Positions 52,092 through 64,000 of a stretch of DNA of 64,000 nt are shown in pieces. The notes below the pieces were generated by a model. The model did no database searches, was not told the DNA's origin, and saw only the letters and a list, made by a program, of their open reading frames with translations. The translations under genes were made by a program, and so were the position numbers. Source of the stretch: Balanoglossus misakiensis (lineage: Eukaryota > Animalia > Hemichordata); the NCBI GenBank assembly GCA_040954595.2, contig CM082583.2:13490391-13554390 (forward strand), in the 5' to 3' direction. The stretch's first letter is position 1; every line of letters starts with the position of its first letter.

Positions 52092-55000
52092 AGAGCACCT
52101 CCTAACGATAGTCAGATTGCATGACAGAGTAGTGGGGCCCAATGTCGAAAAATGGGATGGAAAAACATTATTAATGGACCACCGATATCCACAATTCATA
52201 ACGACCAGACATAATATTTTTAACCTTAACTACAGCTGAAGCACATTTTATAAACTATTTGGATTCATATACTTTCACAAAATCATCAAAGCATGCCCCG
52301 CCTTCCGCTAACGTCTTCAAAGCTGTCCTGAGGAAATTCCCAACAGACACCCATAGTTTAGGGCAGGGCAAGAGAAATAGCTGCACGCCTTGAAAGTGGA
52401 CATTTTTCATGAGCCAAATTTATCCAGCCACGCAAAGAACGGCACATTTCAAAAATCAGAAATCACGGTGACCAGAGACAAAAGGTACCAACGCCGTCGA
52501 AAAACTTGCGTAGTCTTTGCAAAAAAGTTTTGTTCAGATGCGTAAAAAGGCGTTCAGTGTGTAAGGACAATTTGGATGACTGTCACTTTACATCGAGTTA
52601 CCATATTTAATGAGTCAGACAGCTACAGTGATTAGTTTATCGTCCATTTCCTGACCCCTTGGAACTATTGTTTCCTATTTGATCGAAATACTAGGTGCTG
52701 CAAGAGGAAGAAACACAAGGAGAGCTTTTGTGATTGGGAACATGACAAGCAGATTTGCAGACAGACCCAATTCCGGCAGATATTCCCGGTTTCCCCACAT
52801 CGTCTGTGGATGGACAATTCTGGCATTCGTTATTTTCCACGGATAGCCAGCTGGAATTCATGTCAAGAAGACAACAATCCAAAAGATGGAATACTTGTAC
52901 TTGTTCGTAGCAGACTGGCTTTGTAAAATTTTAAAATCCAGAGCAGATTTTTAATTATTGTGTACTGATACGATTGACAGAGATTTAAAACACTACAATG
53001 GTACGCCTACTTTCTTGTCTCGTCAGCATTTTATAGAAAGAATGCCAGACGGAAAAGTTTAAATAGCTTACATCGTTTTCTTCAACCTTAGTTCAAGGTT
53101 ATGTATTTTTGCTCTTGAAATACTGGTATATCTAAGCATGACAGTATAACAGTTTTGGAAATATGCACTGATTTGTCAGTTATTGACAAGATTCTGTAAG
53201 CTATGTGCAAGTTGACGCAAGTTTAAAATTGGGTGCAGTGTCTCTGGTTTATAGTGCTGATTGTCCAGGTTTCAAGTTAGTAGTTAATAAAAATGACGGT
53301 GCTAAATATAAATTCAGATGCACGAGGGGGAGGGTTAAATATGATTCATTAAATCGATATGTGTTTGATTCGCTAATACGCGAAGGCCAGCAAGTCAAGC
53401 GCCAGTTCGGATGCAATATCGCTCTCCAGTCCAGAAGTATGTACACTTCCCCGTCGAGCTGGGTAGCTATCTTGAGACCATGAACCAGATGATAACAGCT
53501 GGTCTTATGAGTCATATGTCGATCATATCATCATCATGACGACTTGCTACATTTAAAATGTTGAAACAGTGTCTGTAACCATGGTAACATTCCTTCAGCG
53601 GCCGGTGCACGCTCGGTGGAAGTTTGGAGTTCAGAATCATTTCATACAGAATTAAAAAATGACACCAAGCAAAACTTGTGCATGATGTAGGTTGATCTTA
53701 GTTTATTATCCTGGCAAATTAATCTACACGATTAATATTTGACATTTATGCACAGATTATCAGCAGCTGTATACAGATGTTTCATGGAGTCTTCAGAAAC
53801 CCACAAACCGAATTATACGCTTGCACTACTCTTTGACAATCAGAACAGTTATTAATATTAGCCAGCAGTGAACCTTGAAAAAAAGTCTTGCAAACACGAT
53901 CCATGGAGTGATACATTTTTCCATGTCAGAGTGAGACAGACATCTCACGAATTTGCTTGATTTCAACAGTGCAAAGATTTTAGCGTCACTCACGGAGCAT
54001 AACAAAAGTAATGGGATTAGGAAATCTGTAAAAAGTAGCTCACTGCATTGTGCCTAATGTACCCACTGTTAAAAATAACAATAGTATTGGCTGTGATTAT
54101 AGACGGACCGTGCTTCAATGAATACTTGCTGGTTCTTAGTCTAGGCATAGACTAATGAACTGTCTATGGTATAGGTTAAAATTGCATAACCATGTTAATC
54201 TTGAATCCCGACTTATCTGTGGATTGTTGTGATTTGGCAAGATTTGAACAAGGGAGAACGACGATTTGATGTAATCCTGACGTGAAAAAATAAATCCAGG
54301 CATTATGCTAGACTAGTCTTGCATCTGCGTGAGTTACGTGGAATGATTTTAAAACCATTGTGTTAGGTCACGGTCTTATCATACGAATTCTTGCGACAAT
54401 AGATCTATTGTTTGCGAAACAGTAAGCAACTGTTCAGTTTCACACATCTCAACTATGTTGTAGTTTTCTACAATAGAATAACTACATGGAAATAGGTCAT
54501 GCCTCTTTCCCATTTTGCTGATCAATCCTCAGAGATCTCAGACTGACAAACAAACAAACGAACAACTGTAGCTTTTGGCTCCATGCTTCACATTTGTTCT
54601 ACCGCAGACATGCATTTGGTCAGTCCAGAGTGGTTGCAGCGAATATGAAGTAGGCAACAGGCGATTATAGCGCCCCCAGTGTTAATAATTGGTTATTTGA
54701 ATACAGAATAGGCTAAAAGTTAAAACGGATCAGTGGTTTTATCCACTATTCTTTTCAATGTGCCCCCCCCCCAAAAGGTAAATAATGCTTCAAATGATAT
54801 ATTTGTGCCATCTCGGTCTTTATTTCAAAACCAACCTCTGTTGGGGTTCTGTACATTCCTGCAAAGGATTTTAATTTGAAATCACTCCTGGAATATTCTT
54901 AGAAAAATGGAAGCTACATCTCTCTCCTGGACCCCAGAATCAATTTGATGTACAAAACCATATCACTTCATGCAAACCAATTGTTAGCTGTGACAATACT

Positions 55001-55712
55001 AGTAACTATCCACAAATTACATCTACTTTTAATACAGACATTGAGGTACATGTAAAAAAATCTTCTGTAGGGACATATCCATTCACTACATCACTGAACA
55101 GAAAACTCACTAGTAGCTGTATCTAATCACATTATTTTGATGGCATGTCCCAACCAAAGTTTACAATCTTGTGCTCACCAAGCCATATCTACATTTACAA
55201 AAGCAATGTACTGGTAAATTTGAGTTAAGAATTATTTCTGTATTTTTGGGTGCAGTATGTATTAGTAAGAGCAGACATTTATATTTCTTCTTGAAAATGA
55301 AGATATTAATCCCAAAAATATCAAGCCCTGGCTTAGTATTACAAGCTGAAATTTATAAGCCACAAGACTGGCAAGGAATTCTGGAATAAGGTATATATAT
55401 TTCTTTGTTATAGAACTTAAATTTCATTGAGACCTGTTTCTATTCATTATTCTTTTCTACATTCCTCTGACTACAATATATTCTTAGATGAGAAAACTGT
55501 TACTATGACTTCTTATTCATCAAAGATGAATAGGTTTCCCCACCCACGTAAATTATTACATTACTTAAAATTTAAGCGGAAAGCCACCATTTGTGTTCTG
55601 AAAAGGGTTATTTACAGTTTTCATCAGGGAATCATGACAAATGATCCGATCTTCTATCTTGGCTGAATATGCTGATATAACCTTTCTGCATTCACCAATA
55701 ATTTTAATGATT

Positions 55713-55718
55713 TTTATT
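55713..55718 (-). terminator. Probable polyadenylation signal of CHAF1A
   Basis: TTTATT on the plus strand (AATAAA on minus) ~200 nt after the stop codon. Confidence 0.5.
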
Positions 55719-55917
55719 ACACACAAATTGATAATTTAACTACAATGATAACAAAGTTTATAGAAAACACAAAATATTGGAATTGATATATTTTAAAACC
55801 AACTGGATTATTTTTTGTCAATTTTGTACGTCATCTAAATCAATCTATAAAAAAGTGTTTACATGAATCTCATAATTAGGATATTAACATATAGGGGTAC
55901 GTATGCCAGCTGATGTC

Positions 55918-58900
55918 TCACTCAGAGATTATCATTGGTTGAACATCATCATTTTTGGTTGGGTTTGAAGAGGATATTATGTTTGGAGAGACTTCAGAAT
56001 TTTTGGTTTTCTCAGCTGTGTGGCTACTTTCATTGGGTTGCAAGGCATTCAAAGGTAAGATGGGTATTATGCCCATTGAGGCTGCTAAGGTCTTCTTTGC
56101 CGAATGGGCACCTTCAACGGGTTTCTCAGCTTTTGTGGGCAATGGAGGTCCACATGTTGGAACAACTGTTGTCTTCTTGGTAGATTGGGTATCTTCGCTG
56201 GGTTTCAATTCATATTTAGGTGACAGAGGTTTCACAGAGAGTCTTGGAACAAATGTTGTCGTCTGGGCAGATTGGGTACCTGCGCTGGGTTTGAATGGAC
56301 CTGTAGGTGATAGAGGCTTTACAGAGATTCTGTCATCAGGGTTGACTGGTTTAAACATTGCTAACAAGGTTTGCTGTCCTCTTGGAGACTTGCTTTGGGT
56401 GATACCTGCTGTTTTCATGGTTGGGGTACACTGTAAATTGTCATCTGATATGCATGATGTCATCAAGTGTTTAGAACTGTTTTCTACTATAATGCAGTCA
56501 TCTGCATCGCTGTCTGAGTCAGCGGTGTATCCATCATCAACATCCATTGCTTCTTCCTGGTCATCAATTCTGGAATTTCCTGTCATTTCTTGTGACGGTT
56601 TGACTTTCTGGTTCTGGAAGGCTACCAGAATTGGTTTGACGGTTGGAATTGTCATTAGGACATCATCATCATTCTTTGCTGCCTTGAGTTTCTCACAGAC
56701 ATCTTCCGGCATGGCTGTCTTGGCTTTTTCAAACAGAGAGCTTGGTGACACAGGTCTGGTGAACTGCATAATGTTAGGTGTTGAACGTCCATTTCCCTTT
56801 GCACCATCTGTGTCTTTGCCCAACGCTTCAGCAACACCTTTAGGGGTTTTGGTGATGTACTGCCACTGGTTTGGTACAGGCAGATCAGTCAGTTTGTACT
56901 GATCAAGTACATTTGGATGAACATACCAACAAACTTTTTTGAACACAGCTTGTTTCTCTCTGACTGCAATTGCATTTATTTTCAAATCCAATTGTCTCTT
57001 TGATATAACATACTCTTCATTTATCAATGGTGTGGGTGGTCTGGTATCAAGAGTTGCCAACGGATCATCCTTAGCAAATTCAGCTCGCTTTGTATCCACA
57101 GCCTTCTCTACAATGGTAGAAGCTGCTTCATGCAAACATACTTCCTTCTTGTCACTGCGGCACAACTTTTGCTTCCAGTATTCGCGGAATTCTTTGATGA
57201 GAGTTTTGATGCCACTTGTATTACCATGGACTAATCGAATCAGATCAGACATGGCTGTAATGGATAAGAATTACACATGAATGTCAACAAAACACTGTGC
57301 CATTACTGTAACACATGCTTTAGCCCTTACCAAAGAAATGAGGAAAGGAACCAAACAAAAATGGCCAACATAGCATTCCACCTTTTACAATAACACTTAC
57401 CTTCTTCAGGTACTGGTTTCTTGATGCTAGAAGTGCTTCTCTGTGTAGAAACTGCATCACCACTATTGTTGAAAGCACTCTCATCATCCGCTTGCTTGCT
57501 CGATTTTACAGTGAAGCTGGTTGCAATTGGAACAGTCACAAAGGCACCCACTTTGTATTTTTGTAGAATATTATGTATCTCAGCTCGTTTACCAGTGACA
57601 TCATCACCTGACCACATACACCCATAGACTATCGGCAGTTTGGGTTGACACTGACGTTTCAACTCTGCTTCCCAAGATTTTGCCTTGGCTTCCCTTTTAG
57701 CCCGGAATGCTTCTACGTCATCCTAGGTATTAAGGGAATGTGGATGTGCTTTAGTTAGAATTTGTTGGGAATGCACTGTGTTAGTATCTCTCACGTCTAT
57801 GGTTGACACAGTATAATGGAGAAATCTTCATGGACTTGTGAAATTATATGAAATCTAAATAAAGGGGTAACTCACATCTTCAGCACATCCTTCACCTTCA
57901 GATAGATATCCATGAGGTACAAAGAAACCATCATCTTCACTGTCATCGCTATCTTCATTGTTCTCAACCTCACCCTGTCAGAACATAATACTACTCTCAT
58001 CACCAGAACACAACAAATAGAAGGCTGCTCTAAAATTTAGAAACAATTACATAATATCAATTTTGAACGCATAATTTCTATCAGTCGGCTGACCTGACTG
58101 AAAGGTATATAATACATGCTTAAAATAATATGAAGCTTACCTCAGAGTTTGATAGAGTTTCACCAGGTTCTTCCCATTCTTCATCACTGTCAAATTCATA
58201 ATCTATAACTTCCTATACAATGACAGAATATAGTGTACAACTCAGTCCAGTGATATGATGAAATACGTAAAACTATCACAATAGTATCAATGGACAATCT
58301 GATAAGCCCCATATTGCTGACAGCGTAGCATGTGCATGTAAAACAAGATCACTGAAAAATTAAAATTGAATATTACCTCATCTTTATTGAAAGGCTTTCT
58401 TGGATTGATTAACCGACTGTTTTTAAGACAAGTGCCAAAGTATGCTGGCCTGTAATTTTCGTGGAACTGCAGCAACTTGGCTCTCATTTGGTCCACCTCT
58501 GTAATTTTATCTGCTGCTGTCTCAATAACTTGGACATCATCATTTTCACCAGTTTCCATGTAGTCACTGCTGTCAAAACAAAACGTTTCCATAAAAGATC
58601 ATGTACAAAGGCAGCATTGTTAATACAAGTTTGTGTAAAATAAAAAGGGGCTCAATGTACAGACTTACCTCTCATTCTTTGGCTGCAATGTTGTCTTCCC
58701 TGTCCTCCCTGGCTTTATCTTTCTATTGCGTAGTTCATCTAGATATAATGCACTGGCATTCTATAGTTCAGATTGGTCGGAATGAAACAAACAATCAACA
58801 GTAATTTTAGATCAGAAATAATAAAAAACTACTTTCAAAATATTTTGAAAAGACATGATCAAATAAGTCTAAGGTCACTCACTATACACCTTAGGACAAA

Positions 58901-61900
58901 TTTCAAAGCTATCAGACAAGTGATTTTTTTCTGTTTATTTCAATGACTTTCACACCTCCTGACTTTCCTAGTCTGAATTAAAACTCTTAACAATCACCAC
59001 CATACCTACTGAGTGGAAAACAGATTAGCTTTTCAGGTTAGCGTGTGCATCTTACCTGTTCTTTCAAATACTGATCAACATTTTCTTTGCAAACATCCAT
59101 GGATTTTTCTACCCTGCATTTTGGAGCTAGGACCATATCTTGTTTCAGTTGGAATGGCATGAAGAGACCCTGAGTAGTTGTTTCCTTTGGTTTAGATGTT
59201 GTCTCCACTTTCTTGAAGAAACCTTTGAAAGTATTCTGTAGTTTTTGCTTTTTCAGTAGCTGATGAAAACAATAAATATATCAAATATGTGTCACTATGT
59301 GTATATCATTCCTACCACATTACAAAAGCATTGATTTTCAAAATGTCCCTGTATTAAACAAATGCGGTTCTCAACTTTTTGTAGTGGATGGACAGACAGA
59401 CAGACACACAAGTAGCAGATGCAACTAATCTCATAAGCTCCCACTGATATACATACTTTGCTAACACCTGAACTAAAATATATGTATACTAAATTTGTGT
59501 GAAATTGGTTGGATTTGGGGACAGCAAAGGTCACCTTGTTCTATTTTCAAAAATAGCAATTCAGATTCTATTACACTGTAATAAACTCCCTCTTTTACCT
59601 TTTCCTCTTCAATTCTCTTCTTTTCCTCTTCTATTTTCCGCTTTTCTTCATCTTTCATTCTCTTTTCTTCATTCTTTGCGCTGCAAAAGTAAACCACAGT
59701 GCTCATCACTACCTCATGTAAACTGCATGTAACAATTAAACCTTAAGAAGTAGTTTTGTAGTATTTCACAGCGAGTATTAACTTTTATGTAAATAAAAAC
59801 TTTCCTAATCAAAACAGTGTTAAACAAATCACAGGTGCTGCTTGTATTGTGATAAAAATCTTTCATTCGGCAAAATTGACGATGTTAAAATATGTGATAT
59901 AATCATAATTACTCTATAATTTCTTGCTTTCTTTTTCTTTCTTCTTCTTTAGCTTGCAGTTTTTCAAGTTTTTCTTTTTCTTCTTTTTCTTTCCTTTCTC
60001 TTCTTTCCCTTTCTTTGTTTTCCTTTTCAAGTTCTTTCTGTTTTCTGATTTCTTCACGTTCTTTCTCTTTTGCAGCCCTGGCTTCCTCCTTCAAACGAAT
60101 CTTTTCTCTCAGTGCCTCTTCTTTCATCCTCTGTTTCTCTTGTCTTTGTTTTTCCTATAAATAATAAACAAAGTACAAATTTCCTGGTACTGCATGCAGC
60201 AATTTTCTAGGAATGTTAAGGCAAATACAAACAGATCAGGTGATTAGAGTCAATACAAACTCATATCTTGTAAAACCAGTAGAACAACACCATTTGTTGC
60301 TCTGTGAATTCAAATCAAAATGCATGTACGTACCCGATCTTCCATTTTCTTTTGCTTTTCTACTTCCTTAGCCAATGCCTTGGTCGATTTGGGAGTCTGG
60401 AATGATAAATCAAGACTTCAACAAAAGATACTAAAATCAGGCACCAAGTACATCATCTGAATGTTGACTATAACATAACAGTAGTTGACCAGTCATGGCA
60501 TATGCCAATGAATCAGTGGTTGGCTGCACTTAGTGTGGCACACTAGTGAGAAATATTATGAGAATAAATTTTCCCAGGTGTAACTCCTGAGGAACAACCA
60601 TGGATTGGTATGCCACTGTCAAAACAATCTCTGTGAAAGGTTTTTAGTAGTAAATGATGGTGAAAAACTTTTACCTTTTTCTGCACATGCTTCTCACACT
60701 TTGGAGTCGAGATGTCAGCTACATTTTGATTCTTGAATGGACTTCTTTCAGCCACAAGTTCTTCTTCTTTATCATTCTTATCGTTGTCGTCATTATTCTT
60801 ATTGTCTACACCACCACTTTTGCATGTTTCTGTGCTCTCATTCACTACATCTTCAGTTTTGTTTGCAATCCTAATCTCCTCTACCTCCAGATCTTCACTT
60901 GTTTCCACATGCCCTGGCTCGATATTTGTTTCATTCTCAACATCTCCACTCGTATCTGTACTATTTGAACTGCTGTTAATCTCATCTTCAAAGGAATCCT
61001 TTTGAGCACGACTGACAACGGCCTCAATAGCTTTGTCATAGCTTTCTTGATCAGAGTGGTTGGCTGTAATTGTATCATCACCAGATTCCTGAGACATTTC
61101 ACACTTAATACCTTCTCTACTGCTCTCTGCCTGAATTGCATCATCATTATCTGTGGAGTCTGTGAGGTCAATCACATCTGCTTCAGATGTTGAAACCAAA
61201 GGCTGCTGGGCTTTCTGTACAAAACTATCAAGTGTTAGCTTTTTGGCTTTGTCAGATTTAAGGACAGTTTTTGTTGAGACAGAATCCAAGTTAACAATCA
61301 ACTCTTTAGTTTTGTCAGTCTCTGAACTGGATGAGACTTCATTTTCACTTTCAAGGCCTTTCTGATATTTGAACAAAGATAGCCTTTCATTTACTGTTTT
61401 CATTTCAGCATGTTCTTTACTTATTTTGGCATTTTTTGGCGATTGACTTATCTTCTCACCACCCGACAATTTTCTTTTCTTGCTATGCTGGTTGCTTGGT
61501 GATGGTGAACTTGAATCAAGAGGCTTAAAAGGTAGACGTGCTGTAAGAGAAAAATTACAATTTACACATGCTCAGGTATTTTTTACACATGATGCTAGTT
61601 CCCATTCTCCACACAGAGACTAGCATGAATGGTGTAGACAACACATTGTCTGTGAACAAAAATGCATGTTTGTTTTCACAAAAGTTTGTACATTTCATGA
61701 CTTTTATTACCAAAACCTTCATAAAAAGATGAACACACAAGTTTATGCAAACATAATAATTACCTTGTTTTAACTTTTTAAATGGTGGGGTACATCCAGA
61801 GTCCATATCTTCATGATCTTTGGCAGCTGCAAAAAAATATTACGTACCAAAGTAATGATTTTGACTTTAATATAAGCTGCAGTACCTAGGGCGGGGTTTG

Positions 61901-62070
61901 TGTGGTGATGGGGCGGTGGGCGAAAAAAATGGTTTTGCCGCCCAGCCGCGAACACACGCAGGGCTAAGACAACCCCAACATTGAACACCAGGCAAAACCT
62001 CGAGCTTACTTAGGCTTGTGAACTTGAATCAAGTCAACTTCAGCTAAATCGTTACCAGCTTACCTGACAT
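55918..62070 (-). CDS. CHAF1A: Chromatin assembly factor 1 subunit A (p150), multi-exon gene
   Basis: Exons 62070-62064 (ATGTCAG|GT), 61826-61764 and 61540-60675 give MSAAKDHEDMDSGCTPPFKKLKQARLPFKPL (PIP1-type QARLPF) and a SIM-like VIDLT. KER coiled-coil exons 60396-60334, 60154-59913, ~59680-59599 are followed by QKLQNTFKGFFKK and FMPFQLK, KLLQFHENYRPAYFGT, DYEFDSDEEWEEPGETLS (ED domain) and DDGFFVPHGYLSEGEG. Last exon 57254-55918 has the winged-helix start LIRLVHGN and ISKRQL..CWYVHP. Confidence 0.96.
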
Positions 62071-62723
62071 GGAAAACGCTTTTCAGTGAATGTGATACTT
62101 ATCAACGATAGCAGTTTGCATTTAGAAGTCTCCTTAAAAACGGGTTCGTTATATTTGCATAGTATGGCACTGCGCCTATGGTGCATAGCCTAGGCTATGT
62201 TGCTTAGCCTTTGGCCAATGTGAAACCAAACTGACATTTACTGAATCATTGAAGCCTCAAGGTCATCGCACATATACGAAAAAAAAATCGAAAGAAAATC
62301 AGTACATACCATCTGAAACCGATGACGTTATTTTCTTCTTTGCATCTATCCTTTGCCCTATCACTAATTCCCCCAACATGATAAAAGATTTGAGCAGAAA
62401 AAAAGGAATTTCTTCAGGAAAAGACAGACCTACACAGAAACAATAAACTACCAATGGTATGTATTCGAAGTTGGCGGGAAAGGTTAGTAACATAACTTGT
62501 GATTGGACGAATTTAATCATGTGAAGTATGGTCATGACCTTACACCTACGTTTACAAAACTCTCGCAATTGACGAGAACTGAAATCACGTATGCGTAGTT
62601 CAAATGTTACGTCACATTTTTGCGCATATGAAAGACTGATTCATATTCGCCTGACAGTGTGACTGTTTTAACTTTATTTGTGAACGTAATATTTCAGTAT
62701 AAGTAGCTGCAGAGATCGTCAAG
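62071..62723. promoter_or_regulatory. Bidirectional promoter between CHAF1A and endophilin A
   Basis: The two ATGs are only ~650 bp apart and divergent. E2F site TTGGCGGGAAA 62471-62481, CCAAT boxes (62451-62455; inverted ATTGG 62502-62506), CHR-like TTCAAA 62599-62604, CpG-rich. Confidence 0.7.
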
Positions 62724-62768
62724 ATGTCGTTTGCGGGGTTAAAGAAACAGATAAACAAAGCAAACCAG
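62724..62768 (+). CDS. SH3GL: Endophilin-A first coding exon (MSFAGLKKQINKANQ); gene continues beyond the window
   Basis: AAGATGTCG start, 15 codons, then a CAG|GTACGT donor. The peptide matches the endophilin-A N-BAR amphipathic helix 0 (Drosophila MAFAGLKKQINKANQ, human MSVAGLKKQFHKATQ). Missed by the ORF track. Confidence 0.9.
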
Positions 62769-64000
62769 GTACGTATACAACAGCAGTGCACTGCGTCTCC
62801 AGTCTATGGCACAGTTTCGCCGAGTATAGTAGTAATAGTATTGGACAAGGTGACCGGACGAATCGTCCTGACTCCACCTGCAGTGCAGTTTTAACGCCCA
62901 CTGCATTGAATTTATTGGTTACGTTAGATTTCGTGGGATCAGAATCCTAAACTGTAACCAATTACGTTTGGTAGGGGGAGCAAAATGGCTATACATGTAT
63001 ATATATAATGTAAAACACCATGGTTTAACGCCTCACATTGATTGAAAACATAGTTGAACTGTGTTCATACAATTACATTGAGAAGAGTAACACAGCTCAT
63101 TCACACGTCGTTTGTCTCAGCATGTGAGGACCACCAGTATCTCATTAACTATTATAACATAAATGCCCGGCATAAATACTACATGTAATCTAATTATCAA
63201 ACTTTGTCTCCCAACCCAATCAAATAAAGTCTTCCAATAAAATATGAAGAAGAAGAAGTAAAGTGTCCTCAAAGTGACAATAAAAAACCTTGAAAATGTT
63301 CTTTCAGATAGAGAGGAAGTTGGGTATGACGTGAAACCATATAACCGTATCACATTGGCACACACATACATATATAGGGGAAAACATTTCTCCACATATC
63401 CTGCGTAGGTGTAAATACAGTTCCGTGAAGCCATACCAAATCATAATTTTAACGTAGATACTGTAGAAATGATACTCCAAAACAATCACTATCAAAAGTT
63501 TTTCCCCCCAACAATCATTTATAGAACAAAGCAGAATAACATAAACAGCTCGCCAAAGAAATATAAATAACCAAAATAATGTCAGAAGTTAACGATTTTA
63601 ATAAAAACAATCAGGTGGCATTTCATTTAGGTTTGCTAATTTTTGTGTGGAATATTAATCTGCTTATACCAATTTGAAACTGAACTTTGAAAAGTTTAGA
63701 TCACAAGAAAGGAAAGATTGCTAGTCACAGCATTTTAGAGTTAGGTGAGTTGGACTATATTTCAGGCAAAATTCACACAGCTTTTTACTGTCCTTGTAAA
63801 GCAGGACAAGTTCTGGATTGATAAACGTTAGAGGATGTTGAAGCATCCTGTTGATAATGGTCAGCAGTGTTAGTTTCTTTTTGCTGTTGCATATTTAATA
63901 GATGCACCATGTTAAGGTCGTTTATGTTGTAACTGAATGCCTATTTAATTTTAGACGGTACCAGAAGACGTCTAAAATTAAATTGCCATATCTTCCGACC

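Noticed and set aside
52200-55600. Intergenic region searched by eye for RNA genes or transposon ORFs
   Set aside because: No tRNA, rRNA or snRNA signature and no transposase or reverse-transcriptase motif recognised. A covariance-model (Rfam) search would be needed to exclude small RNAs.
56217-56327. CHAF1A coding repeat has the same 87-bp period as the satellite
   Set aside because: No sequence similarity to the satellite monomer; treated as coincidence.
55955-56902. 315-aa plus-strand ORF
   Set aside because: Antisense shadow of the CHAF1A last exon with no recognisable domain.

Overview
AT-rich, intron-containing eukaryotic DNA. The tropomyosin sequence suggests a non-vertebrate bilaterian, most plausibly an invertebrate deuterostome (inference). 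Positions 1-11933 are an 87/88-bp satellite array. It contains a ~4.5-kb higher-order duplication, a sharp orientation flip at ~9351, and a layered, increasingly divergent edge that keeps an exact 87-bp period and a conserved 26-bp near-palindromic core. After the array come three minus-strand multi-exon genes: CCDC171 (CDS 28481->13224), a tropomyosin (51767->31784) and CHAF1A/CAF-1 p150 (62070->55918). The tropomyosin has two alternative first exons and three tandem 72-nt exons that look mutually exclusive. The first coding exon of an endophilin-A (SH3GL) gene starts at 62724 on the plus strand, head-to-head with CHAF1A as in human chr19p13. The long satellite ORFs and most other short ORFs in the track are artefacts. 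I found no support for CRISPR arrays, RNA genes or autonomous mobile elements. All exon boundaries were read by eye from GT/AG signals and frame continuity.
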